Shown one piece after another: positions 16,346 through 28,368 of a stretch of DNA of 32,000 bases. Source of the DNA: Vibrio cholerae ATCC 14035 (GTDB lineage: Bacteria > Pseudomonadota > Gammaproteobacteria > Enterobacterales > Vibrionaceae); NCBI RefSeq assembly GCF_000621645.1, contig NZ_JHXR01000015.1:60001-92000 (forward strand), given 5' to 3'. The notes below the pieces were generated by a model, which did no database searches, was not told the DNA's origin, and saw only the letters and a list, made by a program, of their open reading frames with translations. Position 1 is the stretch's first letter, and every line of letters begins with the position of its first letter. Made by a program: the position numbers and the translations under genes.

Positions 16346-17650
16346 ATGAATAAGGTATGGTTAATCGGTTTGCTGACAGCAACCGCTTCTGGCGTTTTTT
16401 CAGCCTCAACATTAGCGGCAACCGAAATTACTTGGTGGCATGCCATGGGTGGTCAACTGGGTGAAACGGTCAATCAGTTGGCAACTGACTTTAATGCCTC
16501 ACAAAGCGACTATAAGCTCACTCCCGTTTATAAAGGTTCGTACACAGAAACACTGACCGCAGGTATTGCGGCGTTTCGTGCTGGCCAAGCACCCAATATT
16601 TTGCAAGTGTTTGATGCTGGTGCCGCCACCATTATGAGCAGCAAAGGCGTTGCCAAACCCGTGCAAGATCTGATGATTGAGTCAGGCTATCCGTTCACCG
16701 CGCAAGATTACATTGCTGGGGTACGTAACTTTTATGCCGATAACACGGGAAAAATGGTCGGCATGCCATTCAACAGCTCAACGCCTGTGCTGTACTACAA
16801 CAAAGACATGTTGGCTTCCGTTAACGCGCAAGCGCCACAAACTTATGAGCAGCTAGAACAAGTTGCTGCTAAGTTAGCCGAAAAAGGTCAAGCGGGATTT
16901 GCCCAATCCTTAACGCCGTGGATCATGTTTGAGAACTTCAAATCTCGCCACAACCTACCGCTTTCTGATAAGCAAAATGGCTATCAAGATCTCTCGACGA
17001 AAATCATGTTTAACTCTGACGATATGCTGATGCATGTGAAAAAACTCAAAGAGTGGTCAGATAAAGGTTATTACAAGTATTACGGCAGTGATTGGGATGC
17101 CAACCAAACGCCATTCGAACGTGGCGAAGTGGCAATGTGGATGGGCTCTTCTGGCTCATTCGGTGGTCTACGTAACCGCGTGAAATTCAATCTCGGTACG
17201 ACCTACCTGCCTTACTGGGAATCGGTCACCAAAAACCCAACCCATACCTTTATTGGTGGTGCCGCGCTGTTTGCACTGCAGGGCCACACTCCAGCGCAGG
17301 ATAAAGGTGTCGCGGCTTTCTTCGCTTACCTGACCAAGCCCGAAACGCAAATGAATTGGCATAAAACCACAGGTTATGTGCCCGTCACCAATGCAGCCTA
17401 CGACCTGACCAAACAATCGGGCTACTACCAAGAAAACCCGGATGCAGAAGTGGGTGTAAAGCAGCTTAGCTTGCCTGATGGTGAATGGACCAAAGGCTAT
17501 CGCCTCGGTTACTACCCACAAGTGCGCGAAGTCATGCATCGCGAGTTCGATAACATTTTCTCTGGCCGCTCAGCTGTCGAGAGCAGCTTGAATAAAGTCG
17601 AAGATGAAAGCGCTAAGTTACTGAATCGCTTTGCTCGTACCGTGCAATAA
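16346..17650 (+). CDS. ugpB: sn-Glycerol-3-phosphate ABC transporter substrate-binding protein
   Basis: 434 aa with a signal peptide (ASTLA/ATE) and a family-1 sugar-type SBP. It is followed by ugpA/E/C homologues. AAGGAA SD lies upstream. Confidence 0.85.
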   Translation: MNKVWLIGLLTATASGVFSASTLAATEITWWHAMGGQLGETVNQLATDFNASQSDYKLTPVYKGSYTETLTAGIAAFRAGQAPNILQVFDAGAATIMSSKGVAKPVQDLMIESGYPFTAQDYIAGVRNFYADNTGKMVGMPFNSSTPVLYYNKDMLASVNAQAPQTYEQLEQVAAKLAEKGQAGFAQSLTPWIMFENFKSRHNLPLSDKQNGYQDLSTKIMFNSDDMLMHVKKLKEWSDKGYYKYYGSDWDANQTPFERGEVAMWMGSSGSFGGLRNRVKFNLGTTYLPYWESVTKNPTHTFIGGAALFALQGHTPAQDKGVAAFFAYLTKPETQMNWHKTTGYVPVTNAAYDLTKQSGYYQENPDAEVGVKQLSLPDGEWTKGYRLGYYPQVREVMHREFDNIFSGRSAVESSLNKVEDESAKLLNRFARTVQ

Positions 17651-17658
17651 CCCCAAAC

Positions 17659-17705
17659 GCCGCCAGCATTATCCTGAGATTTTGCTGGCGGCTTGTTATT
17701 TTTAC
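17659..17705 (+). terminator. Strong intra-operon hairpin/attenuator between ugpB and ugpA
   Basis: GCCGCCAGCA (17659-17668) / 14-nt loop / TGCTGGCGGC (17683-17692), a perfect 10-bp stem, then TTGTTATTTTTACTG. Confidence 0.7.
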
Positions 17706-17725
17706 TGTCTAATTTGAGTTTTCCT

Positions 17726-18607
17726 GTGCAACGTCGACAACATTTCGCTCACACTCCGCTGCCCTATTTGCTGCTTGCGCCGCAAATCGTGATCATCGCG
17801 GTATTCTTTATTTATCCTGCCGCACAAGCGATTTATCTCTCTTTTATGTTGGAAGATCCTTGGGGGCTCTCCTCAACTTTTGTTTGGTTTGAAAACTATC
17901 AGGTACTGTTTAGCTCAACCGACTATCTTGACTCACTGGGCTTTACTCTGCTGTTTTCGGTGATTGTCTCTTTTCTTTCGCTGGCACTTGCGCTGTTACT
18001 CGCGGTAAAAGCCGACAACATCATTCATGGCCAAGGTTCGTATCGCGTCACGCTAACGTGGGTGTATGCCGTTGCGCCTGCCGTCGCGGGCATCATTGGC
18101 GGTTTTCTGTTTAATCCGCACATTGGTGTCCTGTCCGACTTTTTCCAATACATCGGCTGGCAATTTAGCTTTCAGACCGACCCTGTGGATGCGACGATTG
18201 CGCTGATTTTGGTCTCAGTCTGGAAACAGGTTTCGGTCAACTTCCTCTATTTTCTGGCCGGTTTGCAGTCAATTTCCTACGCGGTACGCGAAGCGGCGCT
18301 GCTCGATTGCCAAAGCGACAGCAAACGTTTTTGGAGTATCACCTTTCCGCTGCTCGCCCCGACGGGATTTTTCCTGTTGGTGATCAACCTCACTTACGCT
18401 TTTTTCGACACTTTCGGCGTGATTGACACCATGACCAATGGCGGCCCCGGCGGCAGTACCACCTCACTGGTGTATAAGGTGTATCGCGACGGTTTTGTTG
18501 GTGCAGACCTTGGCGGCAGCTCGGCGCAATCGGTGGTGTTACTCGTGTTGGTGCTGGTGCTGACTTGGTTGCAATTCCGTTTTGTTGAAAAACGTGTTCA
18601 TTACTAA
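17726..18607 (+). CDS. ugpA: sn-Glycerol-3-phosphate ABC transporter permease
   Basis: The track start TTG 17693 abuts the hairpin. In-frame GTG 17726 gives an N-terminus (VQRRQHFAHTPLPYLLLAPQ) whose length matches E. coli UgpA (..RSRWLPYLLVAPQ). The start remains uncertain because the SD is weak. An EAA-type permease motif is present. Confidence 0.8.
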   Translation: MQRRQHFAHTPLPYLLLAPQIVIIAVFFIYPAAQAIYLSFMLEDPWGLSSTFVWFENYQVLFSSTDYLDSLGFTLLFSVIVSFLSLALALLLAVKADNIIHGQGSYRVTLTWVYAVAPAVAGIIGGFLFNPHIGVLSDFFQYIGWQFSFQTDPVDATIALILVSVWKQVSVNFLYFLAGLQSISYAVREAALLDCQSDSKRFWSITFPLLAPTGFFLLVINLTYAFFDTFGVIDTMTNGGPGGSTTSLVYKVYRDGFVGADLGGSSAQSVVLLVLVLVLTWLQFRFVEKRVHY

Positions 18608-18616
18608 GGAGTTACG

Positions 18617-19459
18617 ATGAAAAGTAATCGACTCTCCGATCATTTGATCCTTATCGCTGGCGCACTGTTTATGCTAGTGCCGCTGTGGCTGATTTTCGCG
18701 AGCTCAACCCATCAGCCAAACACCATTGTCTCGGAAGGTTTGCAATGGACTCTTGGCGATAACCTCAGCGCAGTTTATCAAGAAGCATGGAATAAAAGCC
18801 TCGGTTTTGCCGGTAATGTCACCGCGCAAACCATGATCGTTAACTCGATGATCATGGGCTTGGGTTTTGCGATTGGCAAAATCGTAATTTCGATGATGGC
18901 CGCTTACGCCTTGGTCTACTTTCGTTTGCCTTATGCCAGTGCGTGGTTTTGGCTGATTTTCATTACCCTACTGCTGCCGCTTGAAGTGCGGATCATTCCC
19001 TCTTATGAAGTGGTGTCCAATTTAGGCATGCTCAATAGCTACACAGGCTTAGTGCTGCCACTCATCGCCTCCGCTACCGCGACGTTTTTCTTCCGTCAGT
19101 TTTTTAAAACCATACCGGATGAACTGTTGGAAGCAGCTCAGCTTGATAACGCAGGACCGGTGCGCTTTTTTATCGATATTTTATTTCCCCTCTCGAAAAC
19201 CATGATGGCCGCGATTTTCATCATCATGTTTGTGGTGGGTTGGAACCAATACCTGTGGCCGATCATGATGACCACGGATGAGCAATACAACACCATAGTG
19301 ATGGGCATCAAACAGATTCTCAATAACATCAATGAAACCAGCTTGCCGCGTTATGACTACGCGTTTGCCATGGTGATCCTCGCCATGCTGCCACCGGTTT
19401 TGGTGGTGGTGATTTTCCAACGTTGGTTTGTAAAAGGATTAGTCGAAAGTGAAAAATAA
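18617..19459 (+). CDS. ugpE: sn-Glycerol-3-phosphate ABC transporter permease
   Basis: 280 aa, 6 TMs, and the permease EAA loop (LLEAAQLDNAGPVRFF). AAGGAG lies upstream of the ATG. Confidence 0.85.
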   Translation: MKSNRLSDHLILIAGALFMLVPLWLIFASSTHQPNTIVSEGLQWTLGDNLSAVYQEAWNKSLGFAGNVTAQTMIVNSMIMGLGFAIGKIVISMMAAYALVYFRLPYASAWFWLIFITLLLPLEVRIIPSYEVVSNLGMLNSYTGLVLPLIASATATFFFRQFFKTIPDELLEAAQLDNAGPVRFFIDILFPLSKTMMAAIFIIMFVVGWNQYLWPIMMTTDEQYNTIVMGIKQILNNINETSLPRYDYAFAMVILAMLPPVLVVVIFQRWFVKGLVESEK

Positions 19460-19511
19460 TCAGAACTCCAATATTCATCTGCTACGCAGCGCCAAACACG
19501 CGGAGCCTGTT

Positions 19512-20630
19512 ATGTTAGACATCAAACAACTGGTCAAAACTTACGATAACGGCCATCAAGCGGTGAAAGGCGTGGATCTGTCGATTCATCAAGGGGAATT
19601 TATCGTTTTAGTCGGCCCATCGGGCTGTGGCAAATCCTCCATTCTGCGCTCCATCGCAGGCTTAGAGAGCATTACTTCCGGCGAAATTCATCTGGCGGGA
19701 CGCCGCGTCGATAACGAAAAACCGGCCAATCGCGACATCGCTATGGTGTTCCAAAACTATGCGCTCTATCCGCATATGAGTGTCTACGATAACCTCGCCT
19801 ACGGCCTTAAAAATCGTGGTGTGGATAAACAAACCATCGCAACGAAAATTGCTAAGGTTGCGAAAACCCTAAAAATTGAAGAGTACTTAGACCGAAAACC
19901 GGCCAAACTTTCCGGCGGACAACGCCAGCGCGTGGCAATGGGGCGTGCGATTGTGCGCGATCCGCAACTTTTTTTATTTGATGAACCGCTCTCGAACTTG
20001 GATGCGGCGCTGCGCGCGCACATGCGCTTAGAAATCAAAAAACTACAGCGTGAGCTTGGCGTAACCAGTGTTTACGTCACCCATGATCAGGTGGAAGCGA
20101 TGACGCTTGCCGATCGCATTGTGGTGGTCAAACAGGGCGAAATTGAGCAAGTTGGTACGCCAGCCGAAGTTTACCATCAACCTGCCAGTACCTTTGTGGC
20201 GAGTTTTATCGGCAGCCCTGCAATGAACTTTCTCCCTGCATCTATCAAGCAAGGACAACTACACATCGCAGGCAAGCACTGTTACTTGCCACAGTTTGAC
20301 GCAATGAGTTCCGAAAACATCACGCTAGGTATTCGCCCTGAACACGCCTCGCTGCACCCGCTAACCAATGCGATTGAGTTAAAATTGGATATTCAGGTCG
20401 TTGAGCCACTAGGTCCGAACCAGCTGGTGCATGGCAAAATTATCGGCTTAGAAAGCGAGCAGGATTTCATCGCGGTCACTGCAGAAATTCCGCTCGATGT
20501 GCATCAAACCCTGCCGATCTGGGTTGCGCTTGAGCAACTGCATCTTTTTGATCAACAAGGTAAACGCTTTGTCCAGTCACACCGTTCTTGTACACAGAGC
20601 AGCAAAGTCGCTAGCACTCGTCAGCAATAA
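19512..20630 (+). CDS. ugpC: sn-Glycerol-3-phosphate ABC transporter ATP-binding protein
   Basis: Track ORF from GTG 19449, trimmed to ATG 19512 (GGAG 6 nt upstream). Walker A GPSGCGKSS, signature LSGGQRQRV, Walker B LFLFDEPLSNLD and H-loop YVTHDQ are present, with a MalK-type C-terminal domain. Confidence 0.85.
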   Translation: MLDIKQLVKTYDNGHQAVKGVDLSIHQGEFIVLVGPSGCGKSSILRSIAGLESITSGEIHLAGRRVDNEKPANRDIAMVFQNYALYPHMSVYDNLAYGLKNRGVDKQTIATKIAKVAKTLKIEEYLDRKPAKLSGGQRQRVAMGRAIVRDPQLFLFDEPLSNLDAALRAHMRLEIKKLQRELGVTSVYVTHDQVEAMTLADRIVVVKQGEIEQVGTPAEVYHQPASTFVASFIGSPAMNFLPASIKQGQLHIAGKHCYLPQFDAMSSENITLGIRPEHASLHPLTNAIELKLDIQVVEPLGPNQLVHGKIIGLESEQDFIAVTAEIPLDVHQTLPIWVALEQLHLFDQQGKRFVQSHRSCTQSSKVASTRQQ

Positions 20631-20654
20631 AATTCGTCAACAGTAAGGAAGCTT

Positions 20655-21416
20655 GTGACTTTATTATCCCACCGCCAAAAACAGATCTTGGAATACTTGC
20701 AACAAACTCACGGGGTGCTTTCGAGCGCCCTACTTTCGGAACGCTTTGAGGTGTCGGTACAAACCATTCGCAAAGATATGAATGATTTGAGCGATAAAGG
20801 CATGGTGCGCCGCGTGCATGGCGGCATTTCCCTGCCCAGTCCGAATGACAATTTATCGTTCAGTAATCGCGATTTGATCAACCTGACAGCAAAACAGCGA
20901 ATCGCGCAGAGGGTGGCGCAAGAATTACCGGAAGGATGCAGTATTTTTCTGGGTATCGGGACAACCCCGAAACAAGTGGCGCAAGCGCTGCTCGATCATC
21001 CCGGTTTGACTGTGGTGACCAACAACCTCAATGCCGCACTGACCTTAAGCCGTAACCCCAACATCAATTTGCACCTTGCGGGCGGGCTGGTTCGCCATTC
21101 CGATGAAGATACCGTCGGCGAAGCGACAACCCGCTTTTATCGTAGCTTTAATATTAAGGTTGGAATTTTTGGTGTAGGCGGGCTCAATTCTCGCGGTCAA
21201 TTGCTTGATTTTACGCCAGAAGAAGCCAATTTAACCCGCGCCATCATAGAACATAGCGAACAGTGTTGGTTAGTTGCAGACAAAAGCAAATTAGAGCGTT
21301 ATGCTCCCGTGGTCAGTGGTGAACTGTCTGAAATGCATCGCCTCTTCGTCGATAAAAGTACGCCTGCTTTTCAACAGTTGTCCCTTTTGTACCACGTCGA
21401 ACTTATTGAATCGTGA
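20655..21416 (+). CDS. DeoR family transcriptional regulator (GlpR-like)
   Basis: 253 aa with an N-terminal wHTH (LSERFEVSVQTIRKDMNDL) and a C-terminal DeoR sugar-phosphate sensor domain. GTG start with AAGGAAG upstream. Confidence 0.8.
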   Translation: MTLLSHRQKQILEYLQQTHGVLSSALLSERFEVSVQTIRKDMNDLSDKGMVRRVHGGISLPSPNDNLSFSNRDLINLTAKQRIAQRVAQELPEGCSIFLGIGTTPKQVAQALLDHPGLTVVTNNLNAALTLSRNPNINLHLAGGLVRHSDEDTVGEATTRFYRSFNIKVGIFGVGGLNSRGQLLDFTPEEANLTRAIIEHSEQCWLVADKSKLERYAPVVSGELSEMHRLFVDKSTPAFQQLSLLYHVELIES

Positions 21417-21443
21417 TTTGAGTGTGATTCTCACTAAGGAAGC

Positions 21444-22157
21444 ATGATGCCTTCAATCATCGTCGGCCACCGTGGGGTGGCTGGAACGTATCCAGAAAAT
21501 ACCCGTGTCAGTGTACAAGCCGCTATCAACCTTGGTTTATCTTGGGTGGAAGTGGATGTGCAGCCGACCAAAGACAATGTACTGGTTGTGTGTCACGACC
21601 ATACGATTGACCGTTGCAGTAATGGCAAAGGTCGCATTGATGAGTACACACTCGCCGAACTCAAGCAACTTGATTTCGGTGCTTGGTTTGATCCTCGTTT
21701 TGCGGGCGAAACCATCATGACGCTGGAAGAGCTGCTGGTGCTCGCCGCCGAACACGATTTAGGACTCAATATTGAAGTCAAAGTCGATAAGCATGATGTG
21801 GCCAGTGTTGTACAACAGTTGAAAGCGCAACTTGACCAGAGCCCGCTGGTTGCCGACAAAATCTTACTGTCGAGCTTTAGCCACGACATTATTTTGCAAC
21901 TGCACCAGCATTGTCCGGGTTATAAATTGGGGATTTTGAGTGAGCGTTTGACTCAGCGGGATCGCCAAGTGCTTAAACAGGTGAATGCGTTTAGCTGTAA
22001 CCTCAACTACCGCTGGATCACAGAAAAACACATCCGCGATTTGAAAAATGGTGGCTACCAGATTTGGTGTTACACCCTCAATCAAGTGGATAAATTCCGC
22101 TATTTAGACAAAGTCGATGCCATTTTCTCCGACTTCCCAGAGCGCTTTATCAACTAG
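21444..22157 (+). CDS. ugpQ: Cytoplasmic glycerophosphodiester phosphodiesterase
   Basis: 237 aa with no signal peptide. It carries the GDPD motifs VGHRG...PENT, EVDV and VCHD. Confidence 0.8.
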   Translation: MMPSIIVGHRGVAGTYPENTRVSVQAAINLGLSWVEVDVQPTKDNVLVVCHDHTIDRCSNGKGRIDEYTLAELKQLDFGAWFDPRFAGETIMTLEELLVLAAEHDLGLNIEVKVDKHDVASVVQQLKAQLDQSPLVADKILLSSFSHDIILQLHQHCPGYKLGILSERLTQRDRQVLKQVNAFSCNLNYRWITEKHIRDLKNGGYQIWCYTLNQVDKFRYLDKVDAIFSDFPERFIN

Positions 22158-22178
22158 TTTCTGCTTTCGGACTTCAGC

Positions 22179-22204
22179 AAAACGCCCATACAAATGGGCG
22201 TTTT
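22179..22204. terminator. Bidirectional rho-independent terminator between convergent ugpQ and yhcH-like genes
   Basis: AAAACGCCCAT (22179-22189) / ACAA / ATGGGCGTTTT (22194-22204). The A and T tracts flanking the stem serve both strands. Confidence 0.85.
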
Positions 22205-22232
22205 TCATGGTTTCACTTCAGCGACTCAGTTT

Positions 22233-22703
22233 TTACTCAAAAAAAGCTTTATCAACCTTGATCACCACTTTACGTACAGGCTCACCCTCACCTTCTACCG
22301 CAATCAAAGGGCGATGCGGTTGACCGGGATAGAACACAATGAAATCTCCCGCCGCCAAATCGACAAAGCGCTCTTCGACCAGTTGTGCACTGAACGCCAC
22401 ATCGCGTGTTGCCAGCAAATCTTCGTCCAAGCCACTGAACGGCGCGAGACTGTAACCAAAGCGCTCACGCCCTTGCAGTAAAATCTGCACATCGAGATAC
22501 CGAGCATGGCACTCGCTACGACGCAGAGCGAGCGGTTGGGTATGATCTTCCATCACCAGAAAAAACGCCGAATCACCCTGCAACTCGTGTTTACCTGTTG
22601 GTAGTGGTGCCGCTACACGCTGTAATACTTCATTAATCAGCCGTTGCAACTGAGGTGACAATGCAGCGCAAAACTGGCGCTGCGTGATATGACCAATAAA
22701 CAT
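22233..22703 (-). CDS. YhcH/YjgK/YiaL (DUF386) family protein
   Basis: Track ORF 22233-22745, trimmed to ATG 22703, where AAGGAA overlaps the ridA stop. A cupin-like beta-rich sequence (FIVFYPGQPHRP) is typical of the family. Confidence 0.7.
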   Translation of the reverse strand: MFIGHITQRQFCAALSPQLQRLINEVLQRVAAPLPTGKHELQGDSAFFLVMEDHTQPLALRRSECHARYLDVQILLQGRERFGYSLAPFSGLDEDLLATRDVAFSAQLVEERFVDLAAGDFIVFYPGQPHRPLIAVEGEGEPVRKVVIKVDKAFFE

Positions 22704-22713
22704 CGGCGTTTCC

Positions 22714-23076
22714 TTATTGATACTGCTCGCCCGAAGCCGCCACAAAAGCCATTTCCACTTTATAGTCTGGGTCAGCCAGCTCCGCTTTCACGCACGCTCG
22801 GCTTGGGGCGCAACCTTCTGGGAACCACGCATCCCAAATTTGGTTAAGCACTGGGAGGTCGGCAAAATCCGTGACATAAATCGTCACCGATAAGATGCGT
22901 GAACGATCGCTGCCAATCTTCGCCAATTGGCGCTCTGCTTGCGCGAGAACCTGCTCAACTTGGCCTTGCATATCGGCCGACGTGTCGCTATCGGCGACTT
23001 CAACAAAATGGGCAATGCCATTAAACACGGTGATGTCAGACCAACGAGTGCCTGGATTAATACGATGTATTGTCAT
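22714..23076 (-). CDS. RidA/YjgF/L-PSP family reactive-intermediate deaminase-like protein
   Basis: 120 aa. The motifs ILSVTIYVTDFADLPVLNQIW and PSRACVKAELADPDYKVEM are characteristic of the YjgF/RidA fold. Confidence 0.75.
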   Translation of the reverse strand: MTIHRINPGTRWSDITVFNGIAHFVEVADSDTSADMQGQVEQVLAQAERQLAKIGSDRSRILSVTIYVTDFADLPVLNQIWDAWFPEGCAPSRACVKAELADPDYKVEMAFVAASGEQYQ

Positions 23077-23210
23077 GGTGTTCTCTTTTACGTTATTCGC
23101 GAAGAAGCATGTCGCCTCTTCACTTATCTATATCGGGGAGCAGGATAGCCAAGATGAAGCGTAAAATCGCGCTCTGTCCCCGCAATTTTACTGACACGTT
23201 GCTGTTTTAC

Positions 23211-24218
23211 TCATAGTTTGAGCGCTATGGTGGATTCACGGGCGATCAAACTCCCTTGATAGAGCCTGTGCTGTGCATCTTGTGGTTTTTTATTAGCAAT
23301 CTCGACAGCCAAACTGATTGCTTGCTGAGTTAACTCGCCGATCGGTAGACTCACGCTCGATAAACTCGGGATAGCAAAAGCCGCCGCGGGTTCATTATCA
23401 ATCCCGATTATGGAAACTTGTTTGGGTACATGAATGCCATGTTCATGCATGGCACGCATTGCACCGAGCGCCATATCATCGTTACAGGCAAAAACAGCCG
23501 TCATGGAAATGCCTTGTTGCAGCAGTTGTTGCATTGCCTGATAACCACCAAGCAGCGTGTTATCCCCTTCAATGACCAAGGACGAGCTCAACTCTATCCC
23601 TTGCTCATGTAACGCTTGTTGATAGACCTGATAACGAATTTTTCCCGTCTCGCTCACCAACGGCGATGTAATGCAGGCAATTTGACGATGCCCTAAATTC
23701 AACAAATGCTGCATCGCTAACTGGGCAATTTGCGTTTGATCGAGCCCAAAGCTGTGCAATTGCGGGTGATGTAAACGGCGATTGAGGATCACTAAGGGCG
23801 ATGGATGTTGCTGTTGTAATTCAAGTAATTGCACCTCATTCAAATGACGACTGTACAGCAAGATCGCATCACAACGCTGCGCCGCTAATGTGGCGACCGC
23901 TTCTTTTTCGCCTTGCTCACTGTTTTTGCTGTTCATAACCAGCAGTTTTTTCCCAGCTTTCTGCGCGCCTTGTTCGGCTTCAAACAAAATCGAACCAAAA
24001 TAGCTGCTCTCAAAATGCGGCAGCACCAAGCCAATTGAGTTTGTGGTATTGGTAGCGAGCGCCTGCGCCAAACTGTTGGGCTGATAACCGAGCTGCTGCA
24101 TGGCGGCAAGTACCGCTTCACGCGTTTGTGCTTTGACTTGGCCTGTCTCATTCAGCACTCGTGATACCGTGGCTTTGGAGACACCCGCCAATTTACACAC
24201 ATCGTTTATGGTTGCCAT
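23211..24218 (-). CDS. LacI/GalR family transcriptional repressor
   Basis: Track ORF from TTG 24245, trimmed to ATG 24218 (GAAGGA SD). N-terminal HTH MATINDVCKLAGVSKATVSRVLN, plus a periplasmic-binding-protein-like sugar-binding core. Confidence 0.85.
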   Translation of the reverse strand: MATINDVCKLAGVSKATVSRVLNETGQVKAQTREAVLAAMQQLGYQPNSLAQALATNTTNSIGLVLPHFESSYFGSILFEAEQGAQKAGKKLLVMNSKNSEQGEKEAVATLAAQRCDAILLYSRHLNEVQLLELQQQHPSPLVILNRRLHHPQLHSFGLDQTQIAQLAMQHLLNLGHRQIACITSPLVSETGKIRYQVYQQALHEQGIELSSSLVIEGDNTLLGGYQAMQQLLQQGISMTAVFACNDDMALGAMRAMHEHGIHVPKQVSIIGIDNEPAAAFAIPSLSSVSLPIGELTQQAISLAVEIANKKPQDAQHRLYQGSLIARESTIALKL

Positions 24219-24243
24219 CAACAATCCTTCAAACTGAGTCCGC

Positions 24244-24273
24244 AAAAATTAAGCGGCGCCCCAAAGGCCGCCG
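24244..24273 (-). terminator. Rho-independent terminator between bglA and the LacI-family gene
   Basis: On the minus strand: CGGCGGCC / UUUG / GGGCGCCG, an 8-bp GC stem with one mismatch, followed by CUUAAUUUUUG. Confidence 0.6.
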
Positions 24274-24280
24274 ACACGAT

Positions 24281-25729
<1,449 letters not shown>

Positions 25730-25773
25730 TCACAAAATTGGCAATTCATTTTTAGCCAGTTCAAACTGCTGAC

Positions 25774-25824
25774 ACTATAACTTAAACTTTTTTACAATGT
25801 AACCAGTTTCTGAAACCGGTTACA
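25774..25824 (-). promoter_or_regulatory. bglA promoter with a 27-bp palindromic double LacI-family operator
   Basis: TGTAACCAGTTTCTGAAACCGGTTACA (25798-25824). The right 14-mer TGAAACCGGTTACA fits TGnAAnCGnTTnCA at every constrained position. The left 14-mer TGTAACCAGTTTCT fits 8/10. On the minus strand, TTACAT (25802-25797), a 17-bp spacer, then TATAGT (25779-25774). Confidence 0.65.
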
Positions 25825-26126
25825 AAACAAAATGTCCGCAATATGACCATGGTCAATGTTACCTATCACAAGTATCGGCAATTCTAATTAGTCTTAGTGG
25901 GGATCCATGTCTAGACTCTAAACGTCAACACAGTATCTCAACTCATTCGAATACAAGCTGATTTTCTGCTTTCGAGTGATGAAATTCATCAAAGAATCCC
26001 CAGACACTTGGGGTTGCCGCAAAATGGCCAACTGTGCACCTACACCAATATGAGTGCGGGTCTCATGAAAATGGCCAACACGCAGCAACTTTCAACTGAA
26101 AGGGAATAATGCGAAGCAAGGAGTAA

Positions 26127-28304
<2,178 letters not shown>

Positions 28305-28324
28305 TCCATCTCACCATCCCTTTC

Positions 28325-28353
28325 AAGGCTGCCGAATGGCAGCCTTTTGTTTT
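28325..28353 (+). terminator. Rho-independent terminator after katG
   Basis: AAGGCTGCC (28325-28333) / GAAT / GGCAGCCTT (28338-28346), then TTGTTTT. Confidence 0.85.
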
Positions 28354-28368
28354 AAATTTGATAGGAGA

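Noticed and set aside
19449-19511. Track ORFs with 5' extensions: ugpC from 19449, tapT to 1685, the hydroxylase from 1551, yhcH to 22745, the LacI-family gene to 24245, the MBL gene from 29362, the adaptor from 30684 and the small acidic gene to 5518.
   Set aside because: The extensions begin at non-ATG codons or lack an SD. They also overlap upstream genes or regulatory DNA. In each case an internal start with an SD and homologue-consistent length is preferred.
25844-25855. Perfect 12-bp palindrome TGACCATGGTCA between the bglA promoter and katG.
   Set aside because: Perfect 12-bp palindromes are expected about 8 times by chance in 32 kb. The flanks do not extend the symmetry, and I recognise no matching motif.
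25901-25915. GGATCC-ATG-TCTAGA (BamHI, ATG, XbaI) upstream of katG looks like a cloning scar.
   Set aside because: Two 6-cutter sites within a few bases are expected by chance several times in a 4-Mb genome. No vector-like flanking sequence is present and nothing is disrupted.
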